A stretch of 64,000 nt of DNA from the human T2T-CHM13v2.0 reference genome, Homo sapiens, in the NCBI RefSeq assembly GCF_009914755.1, contig NC_060934.1; one strand, written 5' to 3'. The position numbers and the translations under genes were made by a program. The notes below the pieces were generated by a model. It saw only the letters and a program-made list of their open reading frames with translations. It had not been told where the DNA came from and did not search any database. Shown piece by piece: positions 59,450 through 64,000 of this stretch. Position 1 is the stretch's first letter, and each line of letters begins with the position of its first letter.

Positions 59450-61060
59450 TGAACGTGCCCATGTCACCACAACCAGCTAAAAAAATTAACATCACCAGCT
59501 CCCTAGAAACCCCCTTGGGCCCCTCCCAATGATTACCTTCTTCCTTCTCCCCAAATGGAATCATTATCCTGACTTTTAAAATCATCAGTTACCTTTGTTA
59601 TTTTTTGAGCTTTGTGTAAATGAGATCTCACAACATGCACTCCTCTTGGCTCTTCTTTGGCTTCTTGTGCCCAGCTTTTCCTATTTTTAACATCTTACAT
59701 TTGTATGGTACATTTGCTACAGCTAAAGAACCATCACGGATATGTTATTATTAACTGAAGTCCATAGTTTCTGTTTCCTTAGTTTTTACCTTAATGTGCT
59801 TTTTCTCTTCCAGGATCTCAACCAGGACACCTTATTACAATTAGTCGTCTTATCTCCTCAGGTCCTCTTGGCTGTTTCTCTGATTCTTCTAGTTTTCAAT
59901 GACCTTGACTGTTTTGAGAAATACCGGTCAGGCATTTTGTGGCATGTTCCTCAACTGGGATTTATTTGATATTTTACCACATGATTAGACTGGGAATATG
60001 GACTTTGGAAAGAAAAACCCACAGAGGTAAAGTGCTGTCCTCATCATATTAAGGGCACATGCTATCAACAGAACTTATTACTGTACATGTTAACTTGGGT
60101 CACCTGGCTGAGGTCGTGGTTGTCAGGCTTCACCCCTGTAAAGTTCATCTTTTTTCCCATTTTCATACTGTGCTCTTTGGCAGGAAGTCACTATGCACAA
60201 CCCATACTTAAGGAATGAGAAATTATGCTCCACCGTCTTGAGGGGAGAGTATCTACAGAAATTATTTGGAATTCTATTGCATGTGAGATTTCTCCCCCAC
60301 TTATTCATTTACATAGTCATTTACATCAGTATAGATATTTATTTATACTGTGGGTTATAATTCAACTAATTTGTTTTGTTGCTTAAATTATTTCAGCTTT
60401 GCAGAAGTCTTTTTCAGTTTATTCCTGTGTCTCTTTGACATATCACTCTTATTGTGAGCTTTTTTTTTTCTTAATTGCTTCCTTACTGGCATGGACTGAA
60501 TGTCTGTGTCCCCCACAAACTCACATGCTGAAACCTTAATCTCCAATATGATGGTATTTGGAGATAGGACCTTTAGGAAGTAATTGGGTTACAAAGATGG
60601 AGCGCTCATGATGGAATTAGTGCCCTAATAAGAAGAGACAAGAGAGAGCTTGCTTCCCCGCCTCTCCCATGTGAGGACATAATGAGAAGTCATCTCTACA
60701 AGGCAGGAAGAAGGCCTTTGCCAGAACCCTACCATGCCAACATTGTGATCTTGGACTTCCCAGACTCTAGAACTGTGAAAAAAAATTATCTATTGTTTAA
60801 TCCACACAGCTTATGGTATTTTTGTTATAACAGCCTGAACTCAGTAAGACACTTACTTTTGGGCACTACAAGATGCTCCAGAATCACTTTGTCTGTTTCT
60901 TGCCCCAGTTCTAAAATGTGCCATTTCTCTAAGGAGACCTGGTTCGTTTTGTTAGAGAATGGTATTGGAAACCAAGATCTAGGCACTTGGTGAGCTCACT
61001 GCTACTGAGATGTCATTGCTTCTAGAACCTCTCAGTTGCTGGAAAAATGAAATATGTGTG
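59450..61060 (-). mobile_element. Old L1M (MC/MD-like) 3' fragments
   Basis: tgaccttgactgttttgag, gggtcacctggctgaggt, gaatggtattggaaaccaagatct. Confidence 0.7.
60487..60851 (+). mobile_element. MaLR solo LTR (MLT1A/MST-like) nested in L1
   Basis: TG...CA ends, 5-bp TSD cttac/cttac. Confidence 0.9.
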
Positions 61061-64000
61061 TACACTAGCACACATGTATGTGTATGTGTTGTGTATGTAT
61101 AAATATTTCTATGTTGCTATTTATCTCACAATGACCTGCAGATGTCAAGTTAGCCTGACTGCTGGTTTTGGTAGCATGATGGAGGTGGAAACCAGGTTAT
61201 AGAGTACTGAAGTGGCACTTGATAGATGCATAAGAGATAGATTATTTCTGTCCTGATAAGTTTAGTGCTGAAGGAAAGCTTGCAAGTGGGAATTATAGTG
61301 TGAAGAGGCAGTATAGCCAAGGAAATGGTTTTTAAGATCAGTAAAACTAGTTCAATTTTTGGAGAAGAAAAAGAACAAGCTGAACTGGAGAATGAAAGAA
61401 GATCAGCCAATAATTGGGTGGGTTTGGGAAAGGCAAGGACTCACCCCATTAGGGAACAGAGCCCTGAAGGGGGCAATTGGTTCATTTGTAATAGCCCCTT
61501 TCCTCCCTAAAGCTCATGAGGAGGTACATTGCATCCCCATTTTACAGATGAGAACGTTGAGGCTCAAAAGTGAGGTAAACTTGTGTGAGCCCTCGCTGCT
61601 AATAAGCATCAGAGTTAGGATTCAGCTGGTGCCCACCCTCTGCTGGTCCTTAGCTCTTGAAGGCCTGTTAGCCTTTGCAACGTCCAAATGCAAATACGTC
61701 CAAAAGGTCAAATGACTCCTCTGCATTCCTGAATACCAAGAGTCAGTGGTTTCCTCTAGGAAAAAGCCAGAGGCAACGCTTGTTCTGCAGACCCCAGAGA
61801 AAGAACCAGACCCCACACCCAAGCAATAAATCCAAGGGGCCTTTTCTTGCTTTTGGCGCTGACTCTTTGGCAAGTTACTTCTCTCCTTGCAGTGTGACCT
61901 AACCTTCCACCCTTCCCTGGCTCCACTTAGGAGCTCTCACTAAGACATCTGTTGAGGACAGCCCCCGAATGAGTTTCAGATTTGGTAGTTAAGCTCTTGG
62001 ATGTCATGCTCTCATTCCCGGCTCTATCCACAAGGGAAGTGAGCAACAGGCCTCTCCGTCTTAAAATTTGAGATGAAAATAATAGTCTGTTGGGCAGAGC
62101 CTGTGAGAGCCTATAGAAATACTTCCCCACCGCCTTGATTATAAACAAGTAAATGTCCACTGGCATTCTGTACATTGACAGCACGTCCATATCCAGAAAA
62201 TATGTATGACGGAGAGAAGATTTCAATTCTGAGGCCCAGAGCCCATTGTAAAACGCATACATACAAATTTTCTTTCAATCATTTTTCTCTCTACTTGCTG
62301 GGAACTATTTACAACTGTGAAATGTGAGAGTTATTAGGTACGAATTTTAAAATTCTTCATTTCACACATGAGGAAACGGAGGTAGACAACTGCCTTGCTA
62401 TATTGTGTATACATTATGTAAAGATTTAATTAACATTCTATTTATGTAAGAGAGAAAACCTTATTGTGGCTTAGAAGAATTACTTAGTCTTTTAAACTTT
62501 AGCTTTTAATAAAACTTTATTACAAAACCTTTGCATTAAATGGGATCTAGAGCAATCTGCAGATATTTCTAGGCTGTTAGGCAAGGAAACAAGGATATTT
62601 GTATCCTTTCCCTGTATCTATGTTTAATTATTGACTTTAAATCACAAGGGATGGAAAACGGAAGCTTTATGACATACTCAGGTCATTCTAAGAAAAGATT
62701 ACACATAGAAATCCAAACTTTCGAAGCAGATACATTAAGGAATTATTCTGTACAGTACAAGTAAATTACCTGCCTTATAAAATTAATCATTTTATTTAGC
62801 ATATGTAAAAATTATTAACATCAAAAATATCTATGTAGGCTATATGACTAAATTTAGAAGGGAGGTACACCAGCACCCAGTTATAAATATAAACATTAAG
62901 AACTTTATTAATCCTAATATGATACAGAGTCTTATCTTCTAATTTATTTGTTTTCTTAAAGTTCAATTATTATTTTTTTAAATCCTTGAAGTTTTTGTTC
63001 AGTAAATCATACCTGTAATCCTGTTTGGTCTTAGAAAAGAAAGACATAAAACTACTGTTTCAACAAAGTGTATTCCTGAGCCGCAGGCTAAGCTGAAATC
63101 CATATTTTACTGTCAACAGAGTTAAGGAGATGCATGATCTTTATGGCATAGAAACTCTTTCCTCATATCCTTGTCATCAAACTGTCATGAAAACTATTTC
63201 ATGCTATTGTGGGTCAAGATAATTATTATATGCTTTTTCTCAACTTGGAAGAACTAATCATATTATAGACCTATCAAATTGCACATATATTATGAGGAGC
63301 ATTTCTCAAATGTTTCATACTTAAAAGAAACTTCTAGAAGTCCAGAGGTTGTTTGCAGAAGTTCAGTCCTCCGCTAGACCTCTCATTTCCCTATCCTCCC
63401 TCATTAGAGCCTGCAAAGGGAGCCCTACTCTCCTAAGATTATGAATAAACAAATGATGGGTAACAGACTGATCCCAGATGAGAGCATTTCCTTCAGGCTC
63501 TCGTGTTAAGATGATAAATGGGTGGACCACTTGGCCTTAAACAAATGACAGAGATATATTACAACTGATTATGGGGTATTTTCAGTTTTGTTATATGTGT
63601 CCACTCTTGACCCTCTAGATACATGAATAAAAGAAAATTTATATTATCTCTGACATTTCAAGACAAAAGCTCTAAGGAAGCTTCCTCTATTGGACTTCCT
63701 GCTTTCAGCAGTAGTAAAACAGGGTGTGGTTTTATTAAAACAACAAAAGCCTGCATGGCAGAACTTTCTGCCCTCCTTTTGTATTACAAACAATAGATAA
63801 AACCAGATTCTAATTCAGTCTTTGCCAGTGATTATTTCCCATGCCTTCTTAGCAGACGCCAGGTATTCATATTTTTGTTTCTGTTCTTACTCGACTGCAT
63901 GGTCATGTTTGGAGCAGGAAGGGGGATATTTTAAACACATTTAACCAGGTCTTCAGTTTGGGGTCAGAAACGTGCTGCAACTCCCACACCAGTCTGCAAA

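Overview
Primate (almost certainly human) genomic DNA: AT-rich, CpG-depleted, dense in Alu, L1, L2, MIR, MaLR/ERVL LTR and MER elements. The left 11.3 kb holds the 5' half of FAM204A (C10orf84; human 10q26.11 by recall) on the minus strand. It has a CpG-island promoter (~10.8-11.4 kb), two non-coding 5' exons and four coding exons (234, 88, 31 and 100 nt) with GT-AG boundaries that splice in frame to residues 1-151; the rest of the gene lies left of the window. The remaining ~52 kb is upstream intergenic DNA with no credible protein-coding gene. It contains a plausible three-exon plus-strand lncRNA at ~26.0-28.2 kb (probably LINC00867, from locus memory) and several repeat-free, homeodomain/TALE-motif-rich blocks that look like conserved developmental enhancers. 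I see no prokaryote-type system, CRISPR array, tRNA or rRNA, and no clearly novel multi-gene system. The best leads are: (1) a splicing-controlled uORF switch in the FAM204A leader; (2) a ~330-bp lncRNA exon bounded by imperfect inverted ends resembling DIRS (tyrosine-recombinase retroelement) termini; (3) candidate enhancers, AG|GT recursive-splice-like sites, young micro-duplications and a possible Alu-Alu gene-conversion tract. Repeat subfamily names and boundaries were read by eye and are approximate.
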